64,000 nt of DNA from Patescibacteria group bacterium (GCA_041662585.1 JBAZSG010000001.1:130381-194380), one strand, 5' to 3'; positions 9,340 to 19,144 are shown, counted from the stretch's first letter. Made by a program: numbers and translations. Notes: generated by a model from the letters alone, not told the origin.

Positions 9340-11079
9340 TTATAATTTTTTTAAAGCGTCGATTATATCTTCCCTAAAAAAAGGACGTCCGTCATATTTG
9401 AGCATTTTATGTTTAATCAGCACTCCAGTTTCCTGAGCTATAAGATTTCCCAATTGACCATTGGGATTATTTTCTATCAGCAATATATCTTTGGAGCTTT
9501 GCAAAATCTTGCTTGTAAAATCAGCAGCAAAAGGCCACAAATACTGATATTGCATTATCTTAATTTTACTTTTTACTTTATCTGGCAAAGATACATAAGC
9601 ATCCAAAATAACTCCCTTGTTTGACCCCCAAAATACCACCGTTTTTTTGGCTTTAGGATTACCATAAATAAGTGGCTGTGGCATGAGCTTGGCAAATGTA
9701 TCAAGTTTTCTTTGTCTTTTATCTACTTGCTCAATACGATTTTGACTATCTTCGTTAGAAAAACCATAAGAATCATGCTCATCGCTATTGGCAATAAAGA
9801 GTCCATTTTTTGTACCTGGCAATGTCCTAGGTGATATTCCATCTGAAGTTACTTTATATCTTTTATATTCACCCGATTTACTGAGCTGAGCCTGAGTCAA
9901 TATCTTACCTCTGTTTATTTTGACATTTTTGGTATTAAATCTTGGCACTGTAGTATTGCCCTCACCAATCAATTTGTCAGAAAGAATAATTACCGGCAAT
10001 TGATACATGTCTGCCCAGTTAAGAGCAATATAACCCATCTCATATGCCTCTCCAGCATCACCTGGTGCCATAATTATTCTAGGAAAATCTCCTTGGGCCC
10101 CGTGGAGCATAAATTGCAAATCTGCTTGCTCTGTCCAAGTGGGTAGTCCTGTGGCTGGACCACTTCGCTGTACATTGACCATGACTAGCGGCGTTTCAGT
10201 CAGAGCTACCAAACCCAAGGTTTCTGTCATCAAAGAAAATCCACCTCCAGAGGTTGCAAGCATAGATCTTACGCCCACATGAGATGCTCCTAGTGCCATA
10301 TTGGCAACCGAAATTTCATCTTCGGCATGCTTGACCACTATACCAGTTTTGGTAGCAATCTTAGCTAGATAATGAAGTATAGAAGAAGATGGTGTCATGG
10401 GATAGGCCGAATAAAAACCCAGTCCTCCGGCCACAGCTCCCAGTGCCAAAGCTTCATTGGCAGTAATCAAAATATTATCTTTACTAGGCAAGGTTGGCAA
10501 CTGACATTTAAATTTATTTTTTACATTGGCTTTTACAAAATCAAAACCTGACTTTAAAGCTTTTATATTATTGGCCACAACCACCTCTCCTTTTCTAGCA
10601 AAGGTTTCTTTAACTACTTTATTGGCAATGGTAAGATCTTGACCCACTAGACACATTGTGGCCCCCAGAGCTACTACATTTCTCATCAAATCTCCACCCG
10701 CTTCTTTGGCTAAAGTAGTCAGTGGAATAGCAATGCCTTCAATATTATTATTTTTTAAAATAGCAGACGATACTTTGACTTTATCACTGTCATAAATCAA
10801 AACACCACCACTGCTAATATCAACTATATTATATTTAATGGTATTTTGATTTAAAGCAACCAAAATATCTACATATTTATAGACGCTGTTAACTGGCTTG
10901 GTATCTATCACTAGTTGATAGGTATTGTGTCCTCCTCTGATAATAGAAGGATACTCGGTAAAATCAAAAAGCTCATAGCCAGCTCTCATAAATATTTTGC
11001 CAAACATCATGCCAGCTGACTTGATACCAAAACCAGCTTCGCCGGCAATTTTCCAAGTTAAGTTGTTTTTATTTTGCAT
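9340..11079 (-). CDS. 2-oxoacid:ferredoxin oxidoreductase, fused gamma-alpha subunit
   Basis: N-terminal gamma-like domain (KIAGEAGFGIKSAG) fused to alpha subunit core; 579 aa; located directly upstream of the beta subunit. Confidence 0.85.
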   Translation of the reverse strand: MQNKNNLTWKIAGEAGFGIKSAGMMFGKIFMRAGYELFDFTEYPSIIRGGHNTYQLVIDTKPVNSVYKYVDILVALNQNTIKYNIVDISSGGVLIYDSDKVKVSSAILKNNNIEGIAIPLTTLAKEAGGDLMRNVVALGATMCLVGQDLTIANKVVKETFARKGEVVVANNIKALKSGFDFVKANVKNKFKCQLPTLPSKDNILITANEALALGAVAGGLGFYSAYPMTPSSSILHYLAKIATKTGIVVKHAEDEISVANMALGASHVGVRSMLATSGGGFSLMTETLGLVALTETPLVMVNVQRSGPATGLPTWTEQADLQFMLHGAQGDFPRIIMAPGDAGEAYEMGYIALNWADMYQLPVIILSDKLIGEGNTTVPRFNTKNVKINRGKILTQAQLSKSGEYKRYKVTSDGISPRTLPGTKNGLFIANSDEHDSYGFSNEDSQNRIEQVDKRQRKLDTFAKLMPQPLIYGNPKAKKTVVFWGSNKGVILDAYVSLPDKVKSKIKIMQYQYLWPFAADFTSKILQSSKDILLIENNPNGQLGNLIAQETGVLIKHKMLKYDGRPFFREDIIDALKKL

Positions 11080-11133
11080 GGGTATTTATTAAATTAAATA
11101 TTATCTTTATTATAACATTTTTTTACTGTAATA

Positions 11134-11162
11134 AAAAACTCTCCTTAAGTGGAGAGTTTTTA
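11134..11162 (-). terminator. intrinsic terminator hairpin (AAAAACTCTCC-TTAAGT-GGAGAGTTTTT), usable in both directions
   Basis: Perfect 11-nt stem flanked by A- and T-runs, between the small minus-strand ORF and the oxidoreductase alpha gene. Confidence 0.6.
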
Positions 11163-11345
11163 TCAAGGTGAATCTTTATTATTTAAATCCTCTTTTTTAT
11201 AATCTGAGGTATTTGATTCTGTTTGTTTTTTATCTTTGATGACCATTAGATCATCAGGAGGCGCCATAGCCAAATCATGTTCTGGCTCCTCTATTATTTG
11301 CGTTTCTTTTTGGGAATTTCCAAATAGATTTTTCCAAAATGACAT
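11163..11345 (-). CDS. small acidic hypothetical protein
   Basis: 60-aa ORF followed immediately by a terminator hairpin; no motif. Confidence 0.3.
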   Translation of the reverse strand: MSFWKNLFGNSQKETQIIEEPEHDLAMAPPDDLMVIKDKKQTESNTSDYKKEDLNNKDSP

Positions 11346-11691
11346 AAATTTAAATTGTTAATGTTCTTTTTATTTTTATTTTTGCTTCTACTATCCCGCG
11401 AACGGGATCCCGCTATGCGGGACTTAGCAGTACAAGGTAAGTGGTGTCCAGCTAAAAATGAGTAAGACATACATTGTTTGTTGCATTTTTTTGTTTTTAT
11501 TTTTGTTTATAGCTCAATCCCCCCAATTGAGCTTTTTTATATTCAATTGTCTAAACGGTCCAAAATAATAGACCAAAGAGAAATAGGGTTAAAACTGCCC
11601 AATTCTCATGACTTTCCACCTGAGAGTTATGTCGATAACCCACCAAATGAAAAGATTTTATTTCTTTCATGGTTGTTATTGTTATTTTAAA

Positions 11692-11835
11692 TTAAATAGC
11701 GTTTCCTACAACAAAAAGGAGAACAAAGGCACCCACCGAGCATAAAGCGACTATTGCCCAATAATCACTGCTCTTTAAATTTCGATCACCTGGTCTCACG
11801 ACCAATCTAAACGATTGTGCATTATTTTCCAACAT
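11692..11835 (-). CDS. 47-aa small membrane protein (not in the ORF track)
   Basis: Minus-strand ORF MLENNAQSFRLVVRPGDRNLKSSDYWAIVALCSVGAFVLLFVVGNAI, preceded by a strong SD GAGGAGG 8 nt upstream; one C-terminal TM helix. Confidence 0.35.
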   Translation of the reverse strand: MLENNAQSFRLVVRPGDRNLKSSDYWAIVALCSVGAFVLLFVVGNAI

Positions 11836-12097
11836 ATTTTATTCCTCCTCAACCTGTTTTTTTGAAAAAACATGGAAAAATTAGTAAGTCGACTTTTTAA
11901 TTATAAATATTGGGGCTATTTTTCTAACTAAATACTTAGAAAAATAAAAAATTGGCATAATTCCCCTTGGAATTTATTACCAATTTTAACTTACAAATTC
12001 AGTATAGCACGAAAAAAGGCTTTTGTCAATCTAAACAAAAAAATCATTTTGGGTTATAATAATAACATTATCTAATAATTAAATAGATTAAAATATT

Positions 12098-12316
12098 ATG
12101 AGAGTTGAAGTTGATCGAGAATTATGTATTAGTGTAGCTACTTGTGTCGCAGTGGCTCCGGGGACTTTTGAGCTAGACGATGAAGGTATTGCTGTCGTCA
12201 AAAATGCCAAAGGAGACGATGAAGCTACTATCCTCCAAGCTGCTCAAAGCTGTCCAGTAAATGCTATTATTGTATATGATGATGATGGCAAACAAATTCA
12301 CCCACCTCTAAAATAA
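12098..12316 (+). CDS. small ferredoxin
   Basis: 72 aa; DRELCISVATCVAVAP...CP cysteine pattern of single-cluster ferredoxins. Confidence 0.7.
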   Translation: MRVEVDRELCISVATCVAVAPGTFELDDEGIAVVKNAKGDDEATILQAAQSCPVNAIIVYDDDGKQIHPPLK

Positions 12317-12319
12317 TCT

Positions 12320-12781
12320 ATGGTTGATTATAAAAATATATTGCCTATCAAAATCGGTGATCAGGCACCTTTATTTTCTCTTCAAAATCAAGCTGGTCAA
12401 AAAATAAATCTTCAAGATTATAAAGATAAAAAAAATGTCTTATTGATTTTTTATCCCGGAGACAATACTCCGGGTTGCACTACTCAGCTCTGTAACATTA
12501 GAGATGATTTCTCGAGATTCACAAAATTTGATACTGTAGTTTTTGGTATAAATCAAGCTGATAATAACTCTCATCAAAAATTTATAGACAACTACAAGTT
12601 TCCTTTTGATTTACTAATAGATACTGATAGCCAAGTGTCCAAAAAATACAAAGCTCTCAAATTTATGTTTGGACACGTTAGTATCAAAAGATCTGTCGTC
12701 TTGATTGATAAAACTGGCAAAATTGTTTTTCTAAAACGGGGTATGCCAAAAGACGATGAAATATTAAAAATCCTAAAATAA
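12320..12781 (+). CDS. bcp: thiol peroxidase, Bcp-type peroxiredoxin
   Basis: AhpC/TSA fold with PGCTTQLC peroxidatic Cys motif; 153 aa. Confidence 0.8.
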   Translation: MVDYKNILPIKIGDQAPLFSLQNQAGQKINLQDYKDKKNVLLIFYPGDNTPGCTTQLCNIRDDFSRFTKFDTVVFGINQADNNSHQKFIDNYKFPFDLLIDTDSQVSKKYKALKFMFGHVSIKRSVVLIDKTGKIVFLKRGMPKDDEILKILK

Positions 12782-12784
12782 TTT

Positions 12785-14026
12785 ATGAAAAGAAATATAT
12801 ATTTAGATTATGCTTCTACTACTCCAACCGATCCTAGAGTAGTAAAAGCCATGGAGCCGTATTGGACAAAATATTATGGCAATCCATCTAGCCTATATCA
12901 ACTGGGCTTGCGCAGTAAAGAAGCTATATCAATGGCTAGATTAAAAATCTCCAAAATATTAAATTGCCAAGCTGACGAATTGATATTTACCGGTGGTGGC
13001 ACAGAAAGTATAAACCTAGCTCTCAAAGGTATAATGAATAAAGCGCAAAATGGTCATATGATCACCTCAGCTATTGAGCATCATGCTGTACTCCATACTG
13101 CTGATACTCTCAAAAAAAATGGCCATGAAATATCTATTTTGGCAGTAGATGATCAAGGACTTATAAAACTAGCTGATTTGGCAGCAGCCATAAAAGACAA
13201 TACTCGCCTGGTATCAATAATGATGGCCAACAATGAAATAGGGACTATCCAAGATATTCAAAAAATAGGAGCGCTGCTAGAAAAAATAAATAAAGCTAGA
13301 ACGGCCAAAGGACTAGCTAAAATATATTTTCACAGTGATGCTTGTCAGGCCTCTGGGACACTAGATCTAAATGTCAAAAAATTACATGTTGATCTTTTGA
13401 CTATCAATGGCTCAAAAATATATGGTCCCAAAGGAGTCGGAGCTCTCTATATCAAAACTGGGACAAATATTGGCGCTATAATAGATGGTGGTGGTCAAGA
13501 AAAAAACCTCCGCTCAGGTACTGAAAATGTACCAGGTATAGTAGGACTAGCAATTGCCTTGGAGCTAGCTCATGACTCCAAAGAAAAAGAAAATGCTAGA
13601 CTAATTAAGCTTCGCGATCAACTAATAGCTGGCATCTTAAAAACCATTCCCAAAACTAGGCTCAATGGTCATCCTACAAAAAGACTGCCCAACAATGTAA
13701 ATATTTCTATCTTAGACGTTGAAGGCGAAGCTATGCTCCTCTATCTAGATGAGATAGGCATCCAAGCTTCCACTGGGTCAGCTTGCACTTCTACCACCCT
13801 TGATCCATCTCATGTAATCAGAGCTCTAGGCTGTCCTTATGAGGTAGCGCATGGCTCTATGCGTTTTACTCTTGGTAAATATACCACAGCTGAAGATGTA
13901 AAATATGTCATCACAAACTTACCAAAAATAATTGAACATTTACGATCAGCTTCTCCGGTCATAGTAAATATGGATGAAGTAGCCAAAGCTATCAAAAATG
14001 CACCTCGTGCTACAATAACTTTATAA
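12785..14026 (+). CDS. cysteine desulfurase (NifS/IscS family, PLP-dependent)
   Basis: LDYASTTP N-terminus, class V aminotransferase pattern, SGSACTS active-site Cys region; 413 aa. Confidence 0.85.
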   Translation: MKRNIYLDYASTTPTDPRVVKAMEPYWTKYYGNPSSLYQLGLRSKEAISMARLKISKILNCQADELIFTGGGTESINLALKGIMNKAQNGHMITSAIEHHAVLHTADTLKKNGHEISILAVDDQGLIKLADLAAAIKDNTRLVSIMMANNEIGTIQDIQKIGALLEKINKARTAKGLAKIYFHSDACQASGTLDLNVKKLHVDLLTINGSKIYGPKGVGALYIKTGTNIGAIIDGGGQEKNLRSGTENVPGIVGLAIALELAHDSKEKENARLIKLRDQLIAGILKTIPKTRLNGHPTKRLPNNVNISILDVEGEAMLLYLDEIGIQASTGSACTSTTLDPSHVIRALGCPYEVAHGSMRFTLGKYTTAEDVKYVITNLPKIIEHLRSASPVIVNMDEVAKAIKNAPRATITL

Positions 14027-14050
14027 ATAATAATTAATTAATTTATATAT

Positions 14051-14746
14051 ATGACAAATAAGACTAAAAGTCCTGCCCGTAGTAAGAAAAATACTACGGT
14101 GGCCAGTTCTATAGACATAGTACCAAATACTGCAGAAGGTACCTGGGTCTATACTGATATAGTCAAAGATCATTTTTTTCATCCCAAAAATCTAGTAACT
14201 GATGTCAGTACTATGAAGGGTTATGATGGTTTGGGTATGGTGGGGTCTCCAGCTTGTGGCGACATGATGAAAATATGGATAAAGGTAAATAAAAAAGCAG
14301 ACAAAATAACCGAGATGAAATGGCAAACCTTTGGCTGTGGTAGTGCCATTGCTGCTACATCCATGCTATCTGTCATGGTCTCTGAAAATGGTGGCATGGA
14401 AATAGACAAGGCGCTAGCTATCAAACCTCAAGATATTACCAATCGTCTAGGTGACCTACCAACTAGAAAAATCCATTGCTCAGTTCTGGGCGACAAAGCC
14501 TTGCGTAGTGCTATAAACAATTACTTTGTAAAATCTAATCAAAAAGATCGCCTAGTCCAAGAACAAATACGTATGGTAGATAAAGCAGCCAAAGTAACTG
14601 ACCATGATATTGAAGAAGCAGTTTTAGAAGGAGCTCATACCTTAGAAGATGTGCAGAAAAAAACCAAAGTAGGTGTTGGTAATCCTGAGGTAATACCAGA
14701 AGTAGAACAGCTTATCAGATTTTATACCGAAAAATATTTCGGCTAA
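14051..14746 (+). CDS. NifU/IscU-like Fe-S scaffold with C-terminal extension
   Basis: Three scaffold cysteines (SPACGD, FGCGSA, HCSVLGD) in an IscU-like N-domain, followed by about 90 extra residues. Confidence 0.8.
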   Translation: MTNKTKSPARSKKNTTVASSIDIVPNTAEGTWVYTDIVKDHFFHPKNLVTDVSTMKGYDGLGMVGSPACGDMMKIWIKVNKKADKITEMKWQTFGCGSAIAATSMLSVMVSENGGMEIDKALAIKPQDITNRLGDLPTRKIHCSVLGDKALRSAINNYFVKSNQKDRLVQEQIRMVDKAAKVTDHDIEEAVLEGAHTLEDVQKKTKVGVGNPEVIPEVEQLIRFYTEKYFG

Positions 14747-14776
14747 TAATATTTATTAAATTAAACAAAAAAATAT

Positions 14777-15391
14777 ATGTCAAAATTTGAAACACCAGCT
14801 CTACCTTATGCTTATAATGCTCTAGAGCCATATATAGATGAAGCTACCATGAAAATTCATCATGATAAACATCATGTTGCTTATACTACCAACTTTAATA
14901 AAGCTCTAGAAGCTTACCCAAAACTAGCTGAAAAAACAGCGGAAGAAATACTAGCTAATCTTGCCAGCCTACCTGAAGAAATACGTATGGCTGTCAAAAA
15001 TCATGGTGGTGGACATGTGCACCATTCTCTTTTTTGGGAAACCATGGCTCCAGCTGGTACAGGTGGCCAAGCAGAAGATGGATTACTTGAGGATATTATC
15101 AAAACTTTTGGCTCTTTAGAAGAATTTAAAGCAGAGCTCACCACAGCAGCTATGAGTGTTTTTGGTTCTGGTTGGGCTTGGCTATCACTAGCTGATGGTA
15201 AATTGATAATAGAAAAAACCAGTAATCAAGATAGCCCTTATTCTTTGGGACATATTCCACTATTGGGTATTGATGTCTGGGAACATTCCTATTATCTAAA
15301 ATATCAAAATAGACGAGCTGAATTTGTTGAAAATTTCTTTAATGTGATAAACTGGTTAAAGGTAAGTGAAAAATATAAAGCTAATAAATAA
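14777..15391 (+). CDS. sodA: Fe/Mn superoxide dismutase
   Basis: LPYAYNALEPYID...HHDKHH N-terminal and DVWEHSYY C-terminal SOD signatures. Confidence 0.9.
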   Translation: MSKFETPALPYAYNALEPYIDEATMKIHHDKHHVAYTTNFNKALEAYPKLAEKTAEEILANLASLPEEIRMAVKNHGGGHVHHSLFWETMAPAGTGGQAEDGLLEDIIKTFGSLEEFKAELTTAAMSVFGSGWAWLSLADGKLIIEKTSNQDSPYSLGHIPLLGIDVWEHSYYLKYQNRRAEFVENFFNVINWLKVSEKYKANK

Positions 15392-15396
15392 AGCTG

Positions 15397-16287
15397 ATGG
15401 AAAAAGAGCGAGATACTATTATTATTGTCAAAGGTGGTACTATTCAAGGAATATTTAGTACTGGCGTGCTGACTGCTTTTGAAAACCACAATATTTATGA
15501 TCGTATCCACTCTATCTATGGAGTATCATCCGGTGCTCACAATGCTGCTTATTTTTTGGCTAGACAAACCAAAATAGCCGCTCAAATATATCATGAGCAT
15601 CTATGTAAAAAACATAGATTTTTAAAAGATTTGTCAGCCAAAGTGATTTGGGATAAATTTTGGCAACTAATGCTCTACAAAAAAACTTGCGATATCATTG
15701 ATCTAGACTATGCCCGAGAGTTGGAAATCATGGGACCAACCAAGCTAGATGTCAAAAGTATCCGTACCTCCCCTATCAATTTTTATGTTCGTGTATTTAA
15801 TCCTGAAACACTCAATCTAGAATATTTGGATGCCAAAGTAGATACTATAAATCGCTTGATTCAATCGGCCAAAATACCTCCTTATGCTTATACCAGAATA
15901 AAAAATGAACTCTATTATGATGGTGGTATTATGCCGACTAGGGATTTTATAAAAAATGTACTAGCCAAGCATCCTGACAAACAAATACTATATATATTCA
16001 ATGATAAAAAAACTTTACCTCGCGTACTAAAATTTTTGCCTTGGGATTTATTGGATCTATTATTTAAAACTCGCTATCTAGGACTAGCCTATGGTATCAA
16101 ACATTTTTTTAGTCTTTTGAGCTATCCTTATATAGAGGGTTTACGAGGCTACAAAAATGTCCATGTGGTTTATGATGAAATCTATATTTCAAAAACAGAA
16201 AAAAATGTAGACCGAGTTCGCGAATCATATAAGCATGGCATTTATAAAGGTGAAAAACTACTTAAAGAAATCGGTTTTATTAATTAA
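15397..16287 (+). CDS. patatin-like phospholipase
   Basis: Gly-rich oxyanion motif (KGGTIQG), GVSSGA lipase serine motif, later YYDGG catalytic Asp. Confidence 0.65.
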   Translation: MEKERDTIIIVKGGTIQGIFSTGVLTAFENHNIYDRIHSIYGVSSGAHNAAYFLARQTKIAAQIYHEHLCKKHRFLKDLSAKVIWDKFWQLMLYKKTCDIIDLDYARELEIMGPTKLDVKSIRTSPINFYVRVFNPETLNLEYLDAKVDTINRLIQSAKIPPYAYTRIKNELYYDGGIMPTRDFIKNVLAKHPDKQILYIFNDKKTLPRVLKFLPWDLLDLLFKTRYLGLAYGIKHFFSLLSYPYIEGLRGYKNVHVVYDEIYISKTEKNVDRVRESYKHGIYKGEKLLKEIGFIN

Positions 16288-16304
16288 TAATAAATAAAAA
16301 ATAT

Positions 16305-16928
16305 ATGGAAAAAGAAAATTGCTGTGGCGGTGGATGTTGTGATGAAGTATATTACAACAACACTGTACCAAAAATAGACCAAGCAGCTCCTAGCTTTACC
16401 ACGGACGCTTATTATAAAGATGAAGAGAAAAAAATCAGTCTATCTGACTATAAAGGCAAGTGGGTAATATTGCTATTTTATCCCAAAGATTTTACTTTTG
16501 TCTGCCCTACTGAGCTAGGTGATGTGGCTGATCGTTACGAAGAAATCAAAAATCTAAATACAGAAGTATTGTCCGTATCTACTGATACTGTGCAAGTCCA
16601 TAAAGCTTGGTATGAAGATAGTGCTACTATCAAAAAAATAAAATTTCCCATGCTAGCTGATCCTAGTCATGATATTTGTAAAAAATACGGCGTATTGATT
16701 GAAGATGCTGGCATAGCTTTAAGAGGAACATTTATAATTTCGCCTGAAGGTGATATAAAAACTATTGAAATCCATGGTGATGGCATTGGCCGCAGTGGTG
16801 ATGAGTTGATGCGCAAATTACAAGCCGCTCAATTTGTAGCCAAATATGGCGATCAAGTTTGTCCAGCCAACTGGCAACCCGGTAAAGACACTTTAAAACC
16901 AGGTCTAGACCTAGTTGGAAAACTTTAA
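16305..16928 (+). CDS. typical 2-Cys peroxiredoxin (AhpC/Prx1) with unusual N-terminal CCGGGCC extension
   Basis: FTFVCPTEL peroxidatic Cys motif and resolving Cys (GDQVCPANW); about 20 extra N-terminal residues MEKENCCGGGCCDEVYYNN. Confidence 0.85.
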   Translation: MEKENCCGGGCCDEVYYNNTVPKIDQAAPSFTTDAYYKDEEKKISLSDYKGKWVILLFYPKDFTFVCPTELGDVADRYEEIKNLNTEVLSVSTDTVQVHKAWYEDSATIKKIKFPMLADPSHDICKKYGVLIEDAGIALRGTFIISPEGDIKTIEIHGDGIGRSGDELMRKLQAAQFVAKYGDQVCPANWQPGKDTLKPGLDLVGKL

Positions 16929-16953
16929 ATAAAATATTTAACCAAAAAGAAAA

Positions 16954-16985
16954 GCCTCGGGGTTCCAAATCCGAGGCTTTTGTGT
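16954..16985 (+). terminator. intrinsic terminator after the peroxiredoxin gene
   Basis: GCCTCGG-GGTTCCAAAT-CCGAGGC hairpin followed by TTTTGTGTTTG. Confidence 0.7.
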
Positions 16986-17024
16986 TTGTTGTCAGGAGAA
17001 CTATGTGTTCAGCTCTCCTGTGAT

Positions 17025-17411
17025 TCACCCTGCCTTTTGGGCGACAACCTTCAAAACGAAGGTCAGGTAGTAGCTCCCCAGAGCTATTACAGCACACTGC
17101 AAAATATCAGCCGAGCCGATAAATTGGAAGTAGGCAGCTACTCCCACTGCAATGACTGTCCAAAACAGCCCAAAGGCAGCACCGAAGCTACTGGTGCCCT
17201 CTTTGGATAAAAGAAAAGCCAGCAATGCGCTAGTGGCCATCATGATTCCGACGACCAGCCGTAGTTGGCCAACGAGGCTCTCGTTCCAGCTCTCTATGAA
17301 AGGCCAGTAATGATAGGCCGCATAGCCTACTCCGGCCACCATGGCAATAAACAGCAACATGAACAAAAAACGAACTATTGCTGTTTTGACTCTTTCTAAC
17401 ATAACAAACAC
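17025..17411 (-). CDS. 4-TM membrane protein (hypothetical) in an atypically GC-rich block
   Basis: 128-aa hydrophobic ORF; local GC about 50% against roughly 30% in flanks. Confidence 0.5.
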   Translation of the reverse strand: MFVMLERVKTAIVRFLFMLLFIAMVAGVGYAAYHYWPFIESWNESLVGQLRLVVGIMMATSALLAFLLSKEGTSSFGAAFGLFWTVIAVGVAAYFQFIGSADILQCAVIALGSYYLTFVLKVVAQKAG

Positions 17412-17596
17412 TCCTTGGCTGGGTTGTAATTAGTCCACTAACTACAACCATTGTACTTTATATTCATCCATTGAATACTTTGACTTGGACTGTAAAACAA
17501 CATTAATTCATAGTATTATATCATAGTTTTCTATTTTTGTCAATACAATAACCCCTTTATTTATGCTATAATTGCCATATAATTATATATTTATAA

Positions 17597-18442
17597 ATGA
17601 AAATAATATTTAGTAATAAAATAAAACTAGCCAAAACTATAGCCACTATCAAAGCACAAGGCACAGAAAAACTACACATCTTATCTGATTTTGATCGTAC
17701 TTTGACTTATGGCTATATAGACGGCAAAAAAACTCCTTCTATTATTTCTATATTACGAAATGGTCATTATCTATCTCCTGATTATGCAGCCAAAGCTCAT
17801 GCTCTATTTGATAAATATCATACTATCGAGATAGACCCAGATATTCCACTAAAAGAAAAAAAGATTATGATGGACACTTGGTGGCGTACACATAAAAAAC
17901 TATTAATAGCCTCTGGTTTAAATAAAAAAGATCTTGAAAAAATAGTTAAAGATCCGCTAATAAAATTTAGAAAAGGAGTAGATAAATTTTTGGATAATCT
18001 TCATAAACAAAATATCCCTCTAGTCATACTGTCTGCCAGTGGTGTTGGTGAAGCAATACCAATATACTTTAAGAATGCTAAAAAAAATTATCCAAATATA
18101 TATTATATTAACAATTCTCTAAACTGGTCAAAGGATGGTCGAGCCTTGTCTATCCGCGAACCAATAATCCATATTCTAAATAAAGATGAAGCTGTAATAA
18201 AAAACTTCCCCCAAATATATAAAGAAGTGGCCAAGCGAAAAAATGTCATCTTACTGGGTGATGATTTGGGCGATGTAGATATGATCACTGGTTTTGATTA
18301 TGATAATTTAATAAAAATTGGTTTTTTAAATTACAATGCTGACAAATTGAGAAAATTATACTCCAAAAACTTTGATGTAATAATAGAAGGTGATGCTGAT
18401 TTTGAATATGTAAATACATTATTAAAAAATTTGTGTACATAA
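17597..18442 (+). CDS. HAD-superfamily 5'-nucleotidase (pyrimidine 5'-nucleotidase / UMPH-1-like)
   Basis: DFDRTLT (DxDxT) motif near the N-terminus, GDDLGD motif IV-like region; 281 aa. Confidence 0.55.
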   Translation: MKIIFSNKIKLAKTIATIKAQGTEKLHILSDFDRTLTYGYIDGKKTPSIISILRNGHYLSPDYAAKAHALFDKYHTIEIDPDIPLKEKKIMMDTWWRTHKKLLIASGLNKKDLEKIVKDPLIKFRKGVDKFLDNLHKQNIPLVILSASGVGEAIPIYFKNAKKNYPNIYYINNSLNWSKDGRALSIREPIIHILNKDEAVIKNFPQIYKEVAKRKNVILLGDDLGDVDMITGFDYDNLIKIGFLNYNADKLRKLYSKNFDVIIEGDADFEYVNTLLKNLCT

Positions 18443-18448
18443 AATATT

Positions 18449-19099
18449 ATGAATAAAAAACAAATTATTCAAAAAATTAATAAATATGTAAAAGATAGAT
18501 TATCTGGAGAAGGTAGCGGTCATGATTGGTGGCACATTGATCGGGTTAGAAAACTGGCTTTAAAAATTGCTCAAAAAGAAAAAGCTGATTTATTTGTTGT
18601 AGAGTTATCTGCATTACTTCATGACATTTATGATTATAAATTTTATAAAGCAAATAATAAAAATGCTATTGATAACTTTCTCCGAAAATACAAAATTAAT
18701 GAAGAAATCATCCAGCAAATCGCTTATATAGTAAATAGTATTTCCTACAAGGGGGGTACAAATAAAATAAAATTAAAAAGTATAGAAGCTAAAATCGTTC
18801 AAGATGCTGATAGACTAGACGCTATAGGTGCCATTGGCATAGCTAGAACATTTACCTATGGTGGTAAAATAGCCCGTGAAATGTATAACCCAAATATAAA
18901 ACCAAAAAAATATAAAAATTTAAATGAATATAAAAAACATTTAAATACTAATCCTACTGTAAATCATTTTTATGAAAAAATATTATTATTAAAAAATACT
19001 ATACATACTAAAACTGGAAAACAAATGGCTAACAACAGACATAAATATGTAGAACAATTTTTAAATAGATTTTTTAAAGAATGGGAAGGGAAAATTTAA
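18449..19099 (+). CDS. HD-domain phosphohydrolase
   Basis: HDWWH...LLHDIYD...DADRLDA HD motif set; 216 aa. Confidence 0.7.
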   Translation: MNKKQIIQKINKYVKDRLSGEGSGHDWWHIDRVRKLALKIAQKEKADLFVVELSALLHDIYDYKFYKANNKNAIDNFLRKYKINEEIIQQIAYIVNSISYKGGTNKIKLKSIEAKIVQDADRLDAIGAIGIARTFTYGGKIAREMYNPNIKPKKYKNLNEYKKHLNTNPTVNHFYEKILLLKNTIHTKTGKQMANNRHKYVEQFLNRFFKEWEGKI

Positions 19100-19144
19100 C
19101 CTAAAAACTCTCTGAACTTGCAGATAGTTTTTTGATTTAAAAAA

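Noticed and set aside
11478-11690. Plus-strand 70-aa ORF in the long spacer before the ferredoxin gene
   Set aside because: Low-complexity Phe/Ile-rich translation, no SD. It overlaps the hairpin-motif region and abuts a better-supported minus-strand small ORF with GAGGAGG. Kept out of the feature list.
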